Shown here in pieces: positions 37,844 through 51,080 of a stretch of 64,000 nucleotides of DNA. The position numbers and the translations under genes are program-made. The notes under the pieces are model-generated. The model was given only the letters and a program-made list of their open reading frames with translations, was not told the origin of the DNA and ran no database searches. Numbering within the stretch: position 1 is the stretch's first letter; every line of letters begins with the position of its first letter. Source of the stretch: Lama guanicoe (Eukaryota); assembly GCA_013239625.1 (NCBI GenBank), contig MU054049.1, positions 1,129,015 through 1,193,014 on the forward strand, read 5' to 3'.

Positions 37844-37969
37844 TTACAGCTTGTTCTCCTCGAAGAGGATCTGGGCGTAGACGGTGCTGGTGGGGACGCC
37901 TTTGGCAGTCTGGTGGGGTTTGATCAGCTCCAGCTCAGCATAGGTCAAGTTCTCCTCGGCAATCTTTGG
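37844..37969 (-). CDS. VSTM4: VSTM4 terminal coding exon (PKIAEENLTYAELELIKPHQTAKGVPTSTVYAQILFEENKL*)
   Basis: minus-strand acceptor ttgtcttatag; 126 nt = 41 codons + TAA; matches recalled VSTM4 C-terminus and WDFY4-VSTM4 convergent synteny. Too short for the ORF track. Confidence 0.92.
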   Translation of the reverse strand, partial: PKIAEENLTYAELELIKPHQTAKGVPTSTVYAQILFEENKL

Positions 37970-38110
37970 CTATAAGACAAAACACAACACAAGTCTAGTT
38001 GACCACAGGGAGTTCGATGTCAATTCATTTGTCAGGCACGTATTTTCATAGCACTTTGGGGATTCAAAGGGAAACAAATGGACAAAAAAAATGTAAGGGG
38101 ACATGTAACT

Positions 38111-38510
38111 GCCTTTCTCTGGCTAACTTACTCCACTTAATGTAATATCACTTATATGTGGAATCTGAAGAAATGACACAAAACAGAAATAGACTCACAC
38201 ACATAGAAAACAAAACGATGATTATCCAAGGGAAAGAGGGGAGGTGGGGAGTGATAAATTAAGTGGTTGGGATTAACAGATACACACTACTATATATAAA
38301 ATCAACAATAAGAAACTACTGAATAGCACGGGGAACTATAGTCAACATCTTGTAATAACCTAATGGAAAAGAGTCTGAAAAAGAATATATATGTATATGT
38401 TTATAGGGTTGAATCACTTTGCTGTACACCTGAAACTAACACAACATTGTAAATCGGCTATACTTTCATTAAAAATTTTTTAATTAAATAAAAATAATAA
38501 AGTTAAAAAA
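38111..38510 (+). mobile_element. Young L1 3' end with a short inverted 5' segment
   Basis: atatcacttatatgtggaatct...agactcacac...aacattgtaaatc then A-rich tail; 38111-38142 is the reverse complement of adjacent L1 sequence. Confidence 0.85.
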
Positions 38511-39880
38511 AGGATGAGTAAAACCTGTAAGATAGATCTCATTGTCGTATATACATAACACCATGTCCTACAAAGAGACACTATGATTTATTTTTAAGTT
38601 GACACAGAACACTAACAAAAAATGATTAAACATTAGGCCACAAAGTAAACTTTAATTCTGACAAGTAAAAATGCAACTAACAGTCTCTCATGGGAAGGAT
38701 AAAAAAAGGTAAAGACAGAAACAAAAAATCTTAGACATTAACCCCAAAACCAGAATGCTCCTATCTAAAAATTTTAAGTGACTTAATCTGTATAAAGCTA
38801 ACATTTCAGAATATCTCGAAAATAATCATAAAGAAGATATTACTTGCCAGAACCTCAAGAATGCTGTACTCACAGAAAATTCATAATCTTAAATATTTAT
38901 ATTAAATGATATAAATTAAATGGATCAAACCCCCAACTGAAGAAGTTAGGAAACAGAACGAAATAAATTTTTAAAAAAGGAGAAGAAAGAACTTAAATAG
39001 ATAAATAAATAAATAAGTAACACTAGACTGCATAAATCAGAAAACAGAAAAACCATAGAATAAATAAAAATACCCCAAAGCTTGTGCTTAAAAAACACCA
39101 ATCAAACAAACTGAAAAATAAATTAATCAAGAGGAAAAGAGAAAAAGTATAAATGAATAAAATAGGAAATTAGAAAAGAGATACAAGTGAAGGAAATTTT
39201 AAAACTTGAAGAACTTTGCTTAACATATGGCAAGAACTTTGAGATACAGGATGAGCAATAGTCTAGAAAAATATAAATTATAAACATTAACTCCAGAAAA
39301 TCTAAATGTATTAATTATTATCAAAATAAAAAAAGAAAGAAAAGCAAAGAAAGGAAAATAATGGAAGGAATGGAGGCAGGAAAGAAGGCAAAAAGGAAGG
39401 AAAGAAAATACTGTCAAAAGCACCAGGCCCAGGCAGTTTTATAAGATAATTTCTAAAAGAAATTCTTTTAAGAAAGAGGTAATTCTAATATAATTAAACT
39501 GACCCAGAGCATTAAAAAAAGGAAAAACTTCACATATTTTAGAACAATCTCATTTATTAGTATAAATTAGCATAAATCAGATTTACTTAGAGAGCATGAA
39601 CATGTACACTAAAAGATAGATAACCATGTTCAAGTTGATTTTATTTCAGGAATGCAAAGATGGTTCAATATTAGAATACTCTATTAATATAATTCACAAT
39701 AGTAATAAAGAGAAGAACCATATGGTTATCTCTACAGATGCTGGAAAGACATTTAATAAAAATTTTTTAAAGTGTTAAAAATAATTATTGTCACCAATGT
39801 ATATTTTCTTATCATGATTAAGGAATGTTATTGAAATAAAGAATAATTGGTGATGATCCAACTCACAAGCAAAGAACAAA
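38510..39880 (+). mobile_element. Old A-rich L1 ORF2 remnant (L1ME-like)
   Basis: strong A bias; aaaagcaccaggcccagg, ttatttcaggaatgcaaagatggttcaatattaga, tctacagatgctggaaagacattt. Confidence 0.75.
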
Positions 39881-40125
39881 ATATTAACCACTATACATGA
39901 AAATAGATAAAAACCAAATTTCTTCTGTAGAGCACAGGGAACTATATTCAATATCTTGTAATAACCTTTAATGAAAAAGAATATGAAAACAAATAGATGT
40001 GTATATATATGTATGACTGGGACATTACACTGTACACCAGAAATTGACACATTGTAACTGACTATACTTCAATTAAACAAAAAAAATTCTAACTGAGAAA
40101 AAAAAAAAAAAAGGAAAAGAAAATT
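39880..40125 (+). mobile_element. Young L1 3' end
   Basis: agcacagggaactatattcaatatcttgtaataacc...gtaactgactatacttcaat plus poly-A; flanking agcaaagaac repeats. Confidence 0.88.
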
Positions 40126-40996
40126 GAGCAAAGAACGACAGGACCAGAGAGTTCACAGGAAAGGAAACACAAAGGCTCTCACACAGATGACAAGTCTCAA
40201 TCTCTCTCAAAATAAGATAGTAGTAATTTAAAAACAGACATCAGTTTCATCTTTCAAGTTGACAAACAAACCAAAAAACAAAAAATTTAAAAAAGGTTGC
40301 CAAAAGAAACAGAAACAGATCCTCTTGTATACTGTTGGTGGAAGTGCTTATTGGTACAAGCAAAAAAACTGGAAACACTTAAATGGACACCAGTAGGAAC
40401 CTCGTGCATTCATAATGGGGTATACAGTACAGTCTTTAAAAAGAATGATGGAGCTGTATGTGTACTGTATGTTTTACTATCATTTGTGTAAATATGTGTG
40501 TATGGGAGTAAATCTACATGTATATATTCCATGTGCTCAGAAAACCCTTAGATCTCACTTGGAAATCAAGAACCTGTCTCCAAGGTTCCCTCCGGGGAAG
40601 TAAACAGGGTAGCTGGAGGGAGACTCGCCCTTTATTGTACACATTTGTTGGTACCTTTTGAATTTTGTAGATGGTGTATGTATTTAAACAGCACATTATT
40701 TAATTTTAATTCATAATTAGAAAAATTAAAGTTGGACACTGATTTATAGTCATAAAAGACACATCACTTTCACATAAGCAACTCTGCTTTTGTTTTCTAT
40801 TTTTTGGCTTTGACTGTGCTGTCATTGTTTTATTTTGATTTTTCTGGCATGTGCTATACCTTGGTTATCTAGCCAAAATTCAAGATAAATAAACCATTTA
40901 CATTCAATCTAAGGTCCTTAAAAAGAATGCCCAAAGCAAAAAGCCTCTTTTCTTTTGAGATGAAGCATCACAAGAGGGGACAGGGAGCAAGAGAGA

Positions 40997-41385
40997 AAAA
41001 TACCACATGATAATATCACTCATATATGGAATCTAAAAAAAAAAAAAGACAAATGAACTTAAATATAAAACAGAAACAGACTCACAGACATAGAATACAA
41101 ACTTGTGGTTGCCAGAGAGGAGCAGGGTGGGAAGGGACAGACTGGGAGTTCGAGATTTGTACTGACAGGTAGATACAGAATAGATATACAACTTTATACT
41201 GTATAGCACAGGGAAATATATTCAAGATCTTGTAGTAGCTTACGGTGAAAAAGAATATGAAAATGAATATATGTATATTCACATAGGACTGAAAAATTGT
41301 GCGGTACACCAGAAACTGACACAACATTGTCAACTGACTATAATTCAATTTAAAAAAAAAGATAAGAGAGAAAAAAGAGGGGAAA
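40997..41385 (+). mobile_element. Young L1 3' end
   Basis: atatcactcatatatggaatct...cagactcacagacataga...caactgactataattcaat plus A-rich tail; agagaaaa flanks. Confidence 0.88.
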
Positions 41386-42950
41386 AAAAGAGAAAATGTG
41401 GAGAACTCCTTACAGCCAGTAACTTCTGGTCAGGGGTGACCTTGGAGAGACCCACCCTCACAAAGTGGCCCTTTTAAAATTTCAACATTAAAGACAATGG
41501 TAAGAATTGGAGCCTCCTGCTTGTCTTTTGATATCAAAAATCTTTACATTTCTTCTTCGTTGTCCGTATCTTACGAGCCAACAAAAATGCCATTTATTTC
41601 TTGCCCTTTGGTTTAATTACGTTTCACATTATAATGATTCTATTTAGAAACGCCATGCGTCCTCAATTAAGCACGCAAAACCCAGCTCATGTAAATTTTA
41701 GAGCCAAGATTTCTGAAATCATATTGTCCACGTGTTTTATTACATTACTTTGAAATTGCATTGTTTTCTAGTGTAAATTATCTGTTTATTCTTAAGCTAT
41801 TCCATTACGTTTGGATATGAAAAATAACGCTAGCTTTCTCCATACAGGTCACCAGGCTGGCCTGGCTAATGCGCCCTTTTCATACATTTTTATGATGTTC
41901 CTATAGTAAACATAATTTAATAAAGCCAAAGCATACTAAATAAATAATTGCATCTAGAAAAGCAATAAAAACAAATAAAATTAGTACTTTCTTAAGTGGA
42001 AAGTTACTTCAATTACTGCTACAAGCAACAACCCACCATAAAATGTGTAGAATCATTTCCCTTATGCATATTTCTGGAATATAATAATTTGATTGAAGAT
42101 ACGAGGTAGCACACCAGAGGCTCTGAATTGTGAAGTATATACAGTTTCTAACCGGAGATGCGTAATGTTAGTCCTTGGCACCTTTAAAGAACCTATTGTT
42201 TTTCTGGCACGCGTACTTGGCTATCCCCATCAATCGTGTGCTTAATTACACTTCCCAGCTTGTTTAGCTAGAAATAAATTCCTAATGGCTACCTAAAAGG
42301 GGAAAATGTAGACTCCTCACCAGTTTTTCACCGAGCAACCTTTCCTGGCACTGATGCTTCAGGGGAAGGTTGAGGTGCTTTAAGAAGTAGCTTAGAGAAA
42401 ATTATCGGCGTATCAGGAAGACTATAATAGCACTGGTAGTGAATCCAGGAGTCAGGAGCAGAATGTAAAGGTTAAAGCAGGCAATTGCATTGGGGCAGAG
42501 GCAGCGTGAGGGACCTGACGCGTGTCAGGTGATGCTGCCATCTTGACCACACAAACCTGTTTGGACTTAAGATAAAGGCATCTCTCCTAATGTCTATGGC
42601 GATTCAATAACTCGCGTCCCTGGAGGTGAATCAACACACACTTCTGTTCGTTCCCTGCCAGCCTCTGGTCCTCAAGCCCCCGTCCTGTTCCTGGTGCTGC
42701 AGGAAGTACAGAAGTACGTGGGAGCAACAGCACTCAAGAAAACAAATTTAAATACGCTTGAACTGGCTGTTCACAAGCACTCCTGCAACAACTTTGAAAA
42801 CACAAAGGACACTGTGGGAGGTAGGACTTCCAGGCTTCAGACATGAGCTTTACATTTCTATCTGCGGGTGCTGTGTTCCCCGGAGAACAGGAGGGGGATG
42901 GCGACCAGCTATTTGAAGTCCCGGCAGTGTCCTTTAAAAGAAGCCCTAGA

Positions 42951-43227
42951 GACAGACTGGGAGTTCGAGATTTATAGATACTGACAGGTAGGTATAGAAT
43001 AGATAAACAAGTTCATACTGTATAGCACAGGGAGATATATTCAAGATCTTGTAGTAGCTCATGGTAAAAAAAAGAATATGAAAATGAACATATGTATATT
43101 CATGTATGACTGAAGCATTGTGCTATACACCAGAAATTGATACCACATTGTAAACTGACTATATCCCAATAAAAAAAAATAATAACAATACTTCAATAAA
43201 ATATAAAGAAAAAATTGGGGAAAAAAA
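42951..43227 (+). mobile_element. Young L1 3' end with TSD
   Basis: gacagactgggagttcgagattt...; near-identical to part of the 41 kb copy; TSD aagccctaga/aagtcctaga. Confidence 0.9.
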
Positions 43228-43590
43228 AAGTCCTAGAACTTTCTAAACATGTGAGAAGCAACAGGGTCGTTTCCTCTTTTCCAGGACTATTTGGTTTTAT
43301 TTTCTTTTCCCCTCCACTTAGCCTGAAGAGACTCCTGGTCCATTTCTCTTTCTATTCCTCCAATAAAGGCTTGGATTTTTGTTCAATTGCCTGGGTCTTG
43401 TAGGTTCTAAATCCCTTTGTTTCATGTGCATTTAATCTCACTTTTCATATGTTTCCTCCCAGCCATGAGGAATCCACTCCTTAGTCTGGAGTGGGATTTT
43501 ATGAGCAAGAGGGGCAGAGGTTTGGATGGAGACATGGGTCAACGTACCCAAGAGAGGCCAATGCATCCAAGAGAGAAAAATTCTCCTCTT

Positions 43591-43663
43591 AAAAAAAAAA
43601 AAATTAACACAACCTTGTAAATCGACTACACTTCAATTTTAGAAAAGGAAAGGAATTTAAAAA
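43591..43663 (+). mobile_element. Extremely truncated L1 3' tip
   Basis: aacacaaccttgtaaatcgactacacttcaat between imperfect repeats aaaattctcctctta/aaaattcctctctta. Confidence 0.7.
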
Positions 43664-44104
43664 GAAAATTCCTCTCTTAGTTCAATGAAAGTGCTCATGG
43701 AGAAGAGGTGAGGACAGTGGCCCTGAAGCCATTACCTCATGGCTGACGGCAGAACACGGGTTCAGGAGGAATTGGGACCTCGGTTCAAATGCCAACTGTG
43801 TGACCCTGGGCCAGTTCCATCATTGGCACTCAGGGATCTACCTCATTGATGTAAGTGAGGATTTAAACGAGAAGATGTATGCAATGATTCTCGCACCACT
43901 GTGCCAGGCCCATAAAAGATGCTGAACACACATGTGCTGAATAAATCAATGTTTTGGTGTCATCGCTTTCTCTCTCTAGAGTGTCAGCTAAAATACCATC
44001 CATCAGTATACCTTCTGAGGTCTTCAGGAGTTACCAAGAATGATGAGAATGAAGTAGCCCTGGACATCTGTTGACAGATAAAGAATAGATTCTAGGAAAT
44101 TAGT

Positions 44105-44473
44105 TGTTATGGACTGAACTGTGTCCCTTCAAAATTCATGTATCGCAGCCCTAAACCTGCAATACCCCAGAATGTGACTGTACCTGGAATCAGGGTTTGC
44201 AAAGAGGTAATTAGAGTAAAATGAGGTCATTAGCGTGGGCCCTAATCCAGGAAGACTTGTGTCCTTACAAGAAGAGGACATTAGGACTCAGGCACACAGA
44301 GAGAGAAGACGATAAAAAGAGACAGGGAGAAGATGGCCACTTATCAGCCAAGGAGAGGGTCCTCAGAAGAAACCAGCCCTGCAGACAGCTTGATCTTAGA
44401 CTTCTAGCATCCAGAACTGTCCGAGCCCCCCAGTTTTTGGTACCTAGTCTGGCAGCCCGAGCAAACTAACAGA
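44105..44473 (+). mobile_element. MaLR solo LTR (MLT1B-like) with perfect 5-bp TSD
   Basis: tgttatggactgaactgtgtccc...gcagcccgagcaaactaa; ttagt at 44100-44104 and 44474-44478. Confidence 0.92.
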
Positions 44474-46279
44474 TTAGTTAAGATGGTGACAGAAGAGAAG
44501 GGAAAGGGAACGGCCTGCCTTAGGGGCAGAGGAGAGGAACTACCTGATGGTTCACCCAGGACGAAAGAGATGCATGCAGTTTACATCAACAGAGGCATCC
44601 TCTCCTGAGGGAGGAAGGGGACTGAGGTCTGATTCATTTACCTCCCCATTCCATGAGGAACAACACTGGAATAAAGACGCTCTAGGACTGCCTCACATGG
44701 CACAATCCTCTACCCCAAGACACACACAGACACACACCTTCCACGCCCAGCAGCCCTGCCTGCCACGGCTTAGCTAGACCCTGGGTTGCAACCGATGTAG
44801 CTGCATCGCTGGCAGCCCAGGCCGAGCACAGCTCCAGGCTGGGGACCCACTAGCTTTGAGGAGAGAAGGGATGGGGATGCTGCTATAAATATCCTCGTAA
44901 GGGAGCGCTTGGCTCCAGCCATGAGAAGGCAGCTACTGCAGGCAGCAACCGAGGCCCAGGGACAGCTGCCTCCAACTGAATAATGGACTACAGGACAGTC
45001 CAGTCTGCCATCTTCAGTCCAGTTCAGTCTGAGCTGAACCCAGCGTATAGGCAGAACCCAAGGTCATCCTCATCTTCACAGCTGAGCAGATGGACATCTG
45101 AGGGAGGAGTCAGCTTTACTGAGTCACGTTGGTTCTGCCCGAATCCCTGGGCTCCTACCTGCCACTCCGCAGCTCTCTCGGAAGCCACCTCTTTGGTTGC
45201 CATTTCTCACCTGATGATATAAGGGGAAGCAAACCTCAAGAAGAGACCGGGATGAGGTTGAGCAAGTGTTGAGTAGAAGCCAGATCAAAATCCTGCAGAA
45301 AGGGGCTCCTTGGTTCAAGGAAGTGATACTTCCCCATGCGCTCAGACCTTCTTTGGCAAAGTGTCTTGTTTCTTCCCGATGAAAAAATAAATGGAGTAAA
45401 TCTTGAGACTTGAGGTAACAAGAATGAAAACATGCTCAAGATACTGGAGCCTCGTGGCCTCAGTAACCAAAGATTTCAGGATTAGGTAACCAGAAGCAGG
45501 GCTAGATTTATTCCTTCACAGGACCTGCCTTGTGGATCTTTCTGCTCTATTGTCTGGAATATCAAAGTTCTCCAGCAATAAAGGTTGTAGGTTACAAAAC
45601 CCCAAGGCAAGGCATTGATTGACTTTGGACATCTGGCCACTGCTGCAAGTACCAAGGGTGATGGTCTAGATGCAAACTCTCCTACATGATCTGCTTTCAG
45701 TCACCCTCCCAGGTTCCCCTCCTTCTCAGATGTCCCCAGCAGGTGAGGGAAGCTCAGTTTCAGCTGATGCTGGTTCCCTCAGCATGGAATTCCCTCTCTC
45801 CTCACATACGAGGTGGACCCCCTACTGCTTCACAACCCAGCCAAGCCCTCTGTGAGGGCTCCCTGACATCATTTGTGTCCACAGTGTGCTCCACACCACT
45901 GCCCAGCCTTGTGACACGTCTTTTGGGAATGTACTGGGACCTAGCATGATATATTCTCTTTGTCTCTCCCTCTTTCTGTCTCTCTGTTTGTCTGCCTGTC
46001 TGTCTATCTCTCTAATAATAGTAATCATAGAATGGCGCACTGGCCAAAGACTGAAGAGATTTTATAATAATAAATTTTTATTAATTTATTTATTTCCATG
46101 AAAATATTTCAAACGTTCTAAGCACGCTCCTGAACTATGTTCTCCAATGTGGGCAACACCCCCACCTGGCAGGCATGTTCACAGGTTCACACACATGCGT
46201 GTGCGCCCCCAGCCCTAGGATTACAGTTCTACTCACATCTCCTGCTCTGTCGTCCAGTGACACAGAGATTTTTGTTTAA

Positions 46280-46990
46280 CTTTTTAATTTAATTGTCTTA
46301 AAAGACATGCAGTAAAAGCTTTTTTTTTTTTTTTGGTGGATCGTTGCATGCATCTGAATGCACATACAGATTTCCAGGACCTCTGCCAGCACAGGACACA
46401 GAACGGCTCCATCACAGTCCCTCCCACTAACCTCTGCAGTCACATCCTCCCTCCAACCCTATCCTCAGACAACCCTGATCTGTGTTCTGTCACTATGGTT
46501 TTCTCTCTTAGAGAATGTCCTGTGAAAGGAATCATACAGCATGTAAGCTTTTGGGATCGGCTTTTTCTCTCAGCATGATTTCCTCAAGTTTCATCCACAT
46601 CGCCATGTGTATCAATGGTTTGTTCCTTCTGACTGCTAAGGAGTATCCCCCGGTGGGTCACGTGCCCCAGTTTGCTTATCCAACAGCTGCTGAAGGACAT
46701 CTGGCTCAGTTCAAGTTTTTGATGGTTATGAGGAGCTGCTATAAATAATCATTGCAGGTTTGTGTGTGATGTTTTCATGACTCTAGGATAAACACCCAGG
46801 AATGGGGTTGCTGGGTTACATGGAAAGTACGTCTAACTTCAAAAGAAACTGCCAAACTATTTGTCCAGAGTGTCTGCAGCATTGCTCCTGCTCACCAGCA
46901 ATATCTGAGGTTTTACACGCTCTACATACATGACGGTGCTTGGTAATGCCAGTGTTTTTTTATTTTCGCCATTCTAGTAGGTGCTAGTGG
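46280..46990 (-). mobile_element. Old L1 (L1MC/ME) 3' region
   Basis: ggaatcatacagcatgta...ctcagcatgattt...ggaatggggttgctgggtt...aactgccaaact. Confidence 0.8.
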
Positions 46991-49900
46991 TCGAGTAATT
47001 ACCTTTTCACTGTCCTGGAGGAACTCACCAGTCCTAGCCTTGCACTCAAGTACTCACTGACAGCCACTGAGCCAGATTAAATTCTCACATAGAACAGCAT
47101 TCCGAGAAGAACTGGGAAAGGCTTAGCACACAGACGAGTTTTCTAATGCAGTGATGGAACCTTCTGGAATCTAGGTGGACTGAAGTGAGTATACAAGTTT
47201 CAGAGTTTGAAATGCCACGTCCCCCATCCCCTCTGCAGTTCTGCCAGTGGTCAGACCTGCAACAGCAGATGACAGCCTCCAGGCTGGACCTCCCGCTTCT
47301 AACGTAAGCCCTACCTATCCCCAGTTTTAGAGCGATGATTATGGAACGTATGTCTACAGGGAAGGATTTACTGGATAAAGCTAACACTGGAAGAGTCAAC
47401 CCCAAAGGATTTAGAAGTTGTGAACCTCTTGGGACCATGCCTTACTTCAAGCCCCTAAATGAAAATTTCTGTCTCATTTTGTAGGTGTGTTTCCAACAGT
47501 CAAGCCAAGAGTTAGTTTTCCTCCCAGAAGAAATTCCACATAGACTGCTGCAAAACCACACTTTTGCACAGAGATCACAGTTCGATGCAAACGTTGAATT
47601 AACTTGCAGGAATAAAAGAACAATGCAGTTGCAGCCACTGCAAGTTCTCCGATGTCAGATGTTCAATTGGGTAATACCATTACCGCAGCATCAGATCAAT
47701 AACTAGGACATGGGATGTTTATGCTAACGTCACCTTCGAGTTTAAAGATGTGATTGCAGTTCTTCGGAGTTGCACTGTCAGGAATCTATTTACCCAAGAG
47801 AGAATTACATATTATCCATATTATCGAGGGCAGACTTCCTCTTCCCCCTTCGAGATAAGTGCTCATTCTTTATTCAACAGAGGAGCACTGGTAAAACAAG
47901 CTCTCCCCTGGTAACATCCACACACTGGCCGCCAGAGCCACCAGAGCCACCGAGGAGCGGGGAAGGCTTGCGTATTCCGTGAAGCTCAGTCAAGTGCATT
48001 CAGTGATGGAGGGCCCTTGATGGGTACCTGTAGGTCCTAACTCAGGAAAGAAAACTCTGTCGTGGTCCTTATGTGTCCTGTAAGAACCAACAGACCTTGA
48101 AAACGAACTACTTGTGTTCCACAGGTCTGCCAACTGGCATATTTATTTATATTTAAACATATTATGGAAAGAAAAACCATGTTAAATGAAATGAAAGAAT
48201 CAAAACAAACAAAAGAGATATATTTTTGAGACACAGACCTTGAACGATGGTATGAAGACACAATCTTGAAGTGACTCTAGGGGGTGGCAGAGTGTGGGGG
48301 GGTGTTGGGGATTGGTCTTCTGAGATCAGCTCCGTGAGGTGGGGCCAGTGGCCACGCCTGCTTCACAAACAGGCTTTAAGGGCAGTTAAATGGCTCAAGG
48401 TCATGTAGCCATCGCTGGGTGGACTCTGGACGCAGAATCGGGCAGTCCTGCCTGGAATCCACGCCCCGCTCACAGGCAGTGCCCAGAACTTACAAGTAGC
48501 AGTCAGAAGCAGTGACTGAAGCTCTGATGTGGGTGCCTTGTCCATGGGTGAGCCAGCCAGGTGGACAGCAGTCCTTGAAATCCTAACGGGGACAAGAGTG
48601 ACCTTCCAAAGACAACGGGGAAGCTTCACTGGCATAAATCTCAGGAGAGTGTGTTTCAGAAGAAGCCAGGGCTGCTCAAAGGCAGTGTGAGCTCCAGCTG
48701 GAGGGGAGTAGGGAAGGGAGAACCAGCCCTCCCTCATCAGAGGCTTGGCTTCGTGCGGTGGGATGGGGGGCCTGAGGGTGCAGCCCGAGGACTGACACGT
48801 GGGGCTGACACTGATTGGATCGCACCGTGAAGGGGTGGGAATCCTGCTGGTATCCCTTCTGGTGACCTCTTGTCTGTCTTCCCAGTCTCACCCCCAAAGG
48901 AGTCTTAGTCTCCAAGGAAGGAGCAGGTGTGCCTCTGACCAGCATGGGACGGAGGTGCCAAAGGTGCAGCCAAGCTGTGAGTGAGGTGGCCACAGACTCT
49001 CGGGCAGAGGCGCCCACTGGACAGGTAGAAATGGGAAGCTTGGTGCTGATGGGGTGGGGCTGGAAAATCCAGGGGAATTTTCTGAGGTAACCGCCGGAGA
49101 CTTGCCAGGTCTACTCTCACCATCTCCTTGGAGCTGAGGTCGTTGGTCCACTGGTACCTCTGGCTCTAGCAGCATAACTGATTCCAGCATCCTCCCTCAG
49201 AGGCGGGGGGGGGGGGGCTGGAATTCAGCCGCACTCCCCAAACCCAGCAGGCAGCTGTGACTGCTGACTTAGGTGCATCTTGGCAATCTGAGCCAGGGCC
49301 CAGAGAGCAGGACCCTCAGTTACTGTGCGTGGAGACAGAGATGCTCTCTGAGGCCCCCTTCCTCTGTCATTTCAGCCACCTGTGAGCCTTACAGGGTGTA
49401 CCTGCCCAGAGTCCTACCCCACGCCTGCCTTCCACACTGCTAATACCCAGTGACTCATGGCCGATAACCCAGTGTTCTCTAGGACTTTGGAAGGATTAAA
49501 AAAGCTCTGGAACTCGAGACAGAAGACTTGGCTGGAGATGAAGATTTCCAAGCCTCATCCAGGTGAGCTGGCACCTTGGGCTGGATGAAGTCATTCGGAA
49601 ATCATGAGCAGAGCTATTTCACATCATGCTCTGGAGCCTACAGAGAATTCAACGGATGCTTAGCAAAGTGCATTCCCAGAAGGAATTTGACACGAGAGAA
49701 AGTCACATGCCCCTGGCTAATGGCTCAGAGGACAGACAGAGGTGACCAGCTGTAGAAGGCTCTGACGCTCTGCGCAGACGGGCCCGAGGCTTTACGAGTC
49801 ATGAGACAGATGGCTATCTCTAGATTTCACCAACATATGTTTTGGAAGCTGAAATGTGATTAGAGACAATTCTCCTGGGGAAGGTCCTGACACATGAAAC

Positions 49901-50179
49901 TTCTCACAGTGGCACAGTGAGCTCTCCGTGATCTAATACAGTCACTCATCTTCCCTTCCCGGTGGACCGTAGAGCTGTTTTCCCAGCTGCCAGCCCAAAG
50001 TACTTTTACTGGCAATATTATTCAAGAGAACGCTTATGCTTTGAAAACGAGTCTTTGGTTTCCTACTTGTACACAGACGTCCGTTCTGAGACTCTTCAGT
50101 CTTGAACATGCTCCATCTTCTAATCAACTGCAATCTTTAAAACACTCTTCCAGAGTCATTGGATCGTGCAAGGGTCTGT

Positions 50180-50420
50180 CTAGTGGTACTTTAAGAGCAT
50201 GGACTCTTGGAGACAGAAAGATGGCTATTTACTAGCTGTGTGACCTTGGGTAAGTTACTTAACCTCTCTGTGCCTCTGTGTCCTCATCTGTCAAGAGGGA
50301 CTTATAATAGTACCCATCCCACAGAATTATTTTGAGGATTAAATGCATTAATACAAGTCATGCACTTAGAAGATTACCTGGTAGATAAACAGTAAATGCT
50401 ATACAAGTACTCAGTTATTA
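50180..50420 (+). mobile_element. MIR
   Basis: tactagctgtgtgaccttgggtaagttacttaacctctctgtgcctc...ctcatctgt. Confidence 0.88.
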
Positions 50421-50619
50421 CCATGAGTATAATTTTTATCGTAGAAACGAACAAGTGTTGCTTTAACAATTGGTCCCTTTGAAATATTTAGAGCAGAGAA
50501 AAGAAGACAGTCAGAGATCATTTGGAAAAACATCATGTACCAGATGCTGCTGGATGCCATTGGACTTTAGACCAGTGCCAGAGAAATCCAGGTAATTTTT
50601 TTTCATAGTGGGAAAGATA

Positions 50620-51080
50620 ATTACTCTAAAAAGATAAGTCAAATCATGCTGCTCACTGCTCTGCACAAAATTCCCCCAGTTTCTCTTCATACTTAATAAA
50701 ATCGAGTGTCCTTATCAGCATCCTGATCCTTCCTGATCTTGCCCCGGAACCCCTCTGCCCCTAGCTCACACCACACGTCCCCCTTGCTGGCCAGGGCTCC
50801 AGCCACACTGGTCTTCTTGTGTCTCCTAGACACACCTGGCCACCACTCCCGGGGCAGGGCCCGCCTCAGGGCCTCTGCCTGGAATGTTCTTTCCCCACAC
50901 GGCAGTGCTCCCTCACTTTATCAGCTCTGTGCTCCAAGGAGGCCCCCACCCCCATCAAACACAGCCCCTCCCTGGCTCCCTGCCCTGTTCGATTGCTCTG
51001 CAGAGCACGTCTCACCCCTTGATATTGAAAAGCAATGTCTACTTGATTATCTGCTGTCTTCTCCCACTAGAATGTAGTAA
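50620..51080 (-). mobile_element. L2 fragment
   Basis: ctccagccacactggtcttc...cctctgcctggaatgttcttt...ctcccactagaatgta. Confidence 0.75.

Noticed and set aside
42513..42530. Palindrome acctgac-gcgt-gtcaggt
   Set aside because: A 7-bp stem is expected by chance in 64 kb and has no supporting context
44882..44983. TATA-like GCTATAAATA followed by cagccATG and a 20-codon ORF, antisense to VSTM4
   Set aside because: Short motifs expected by chance; no other support
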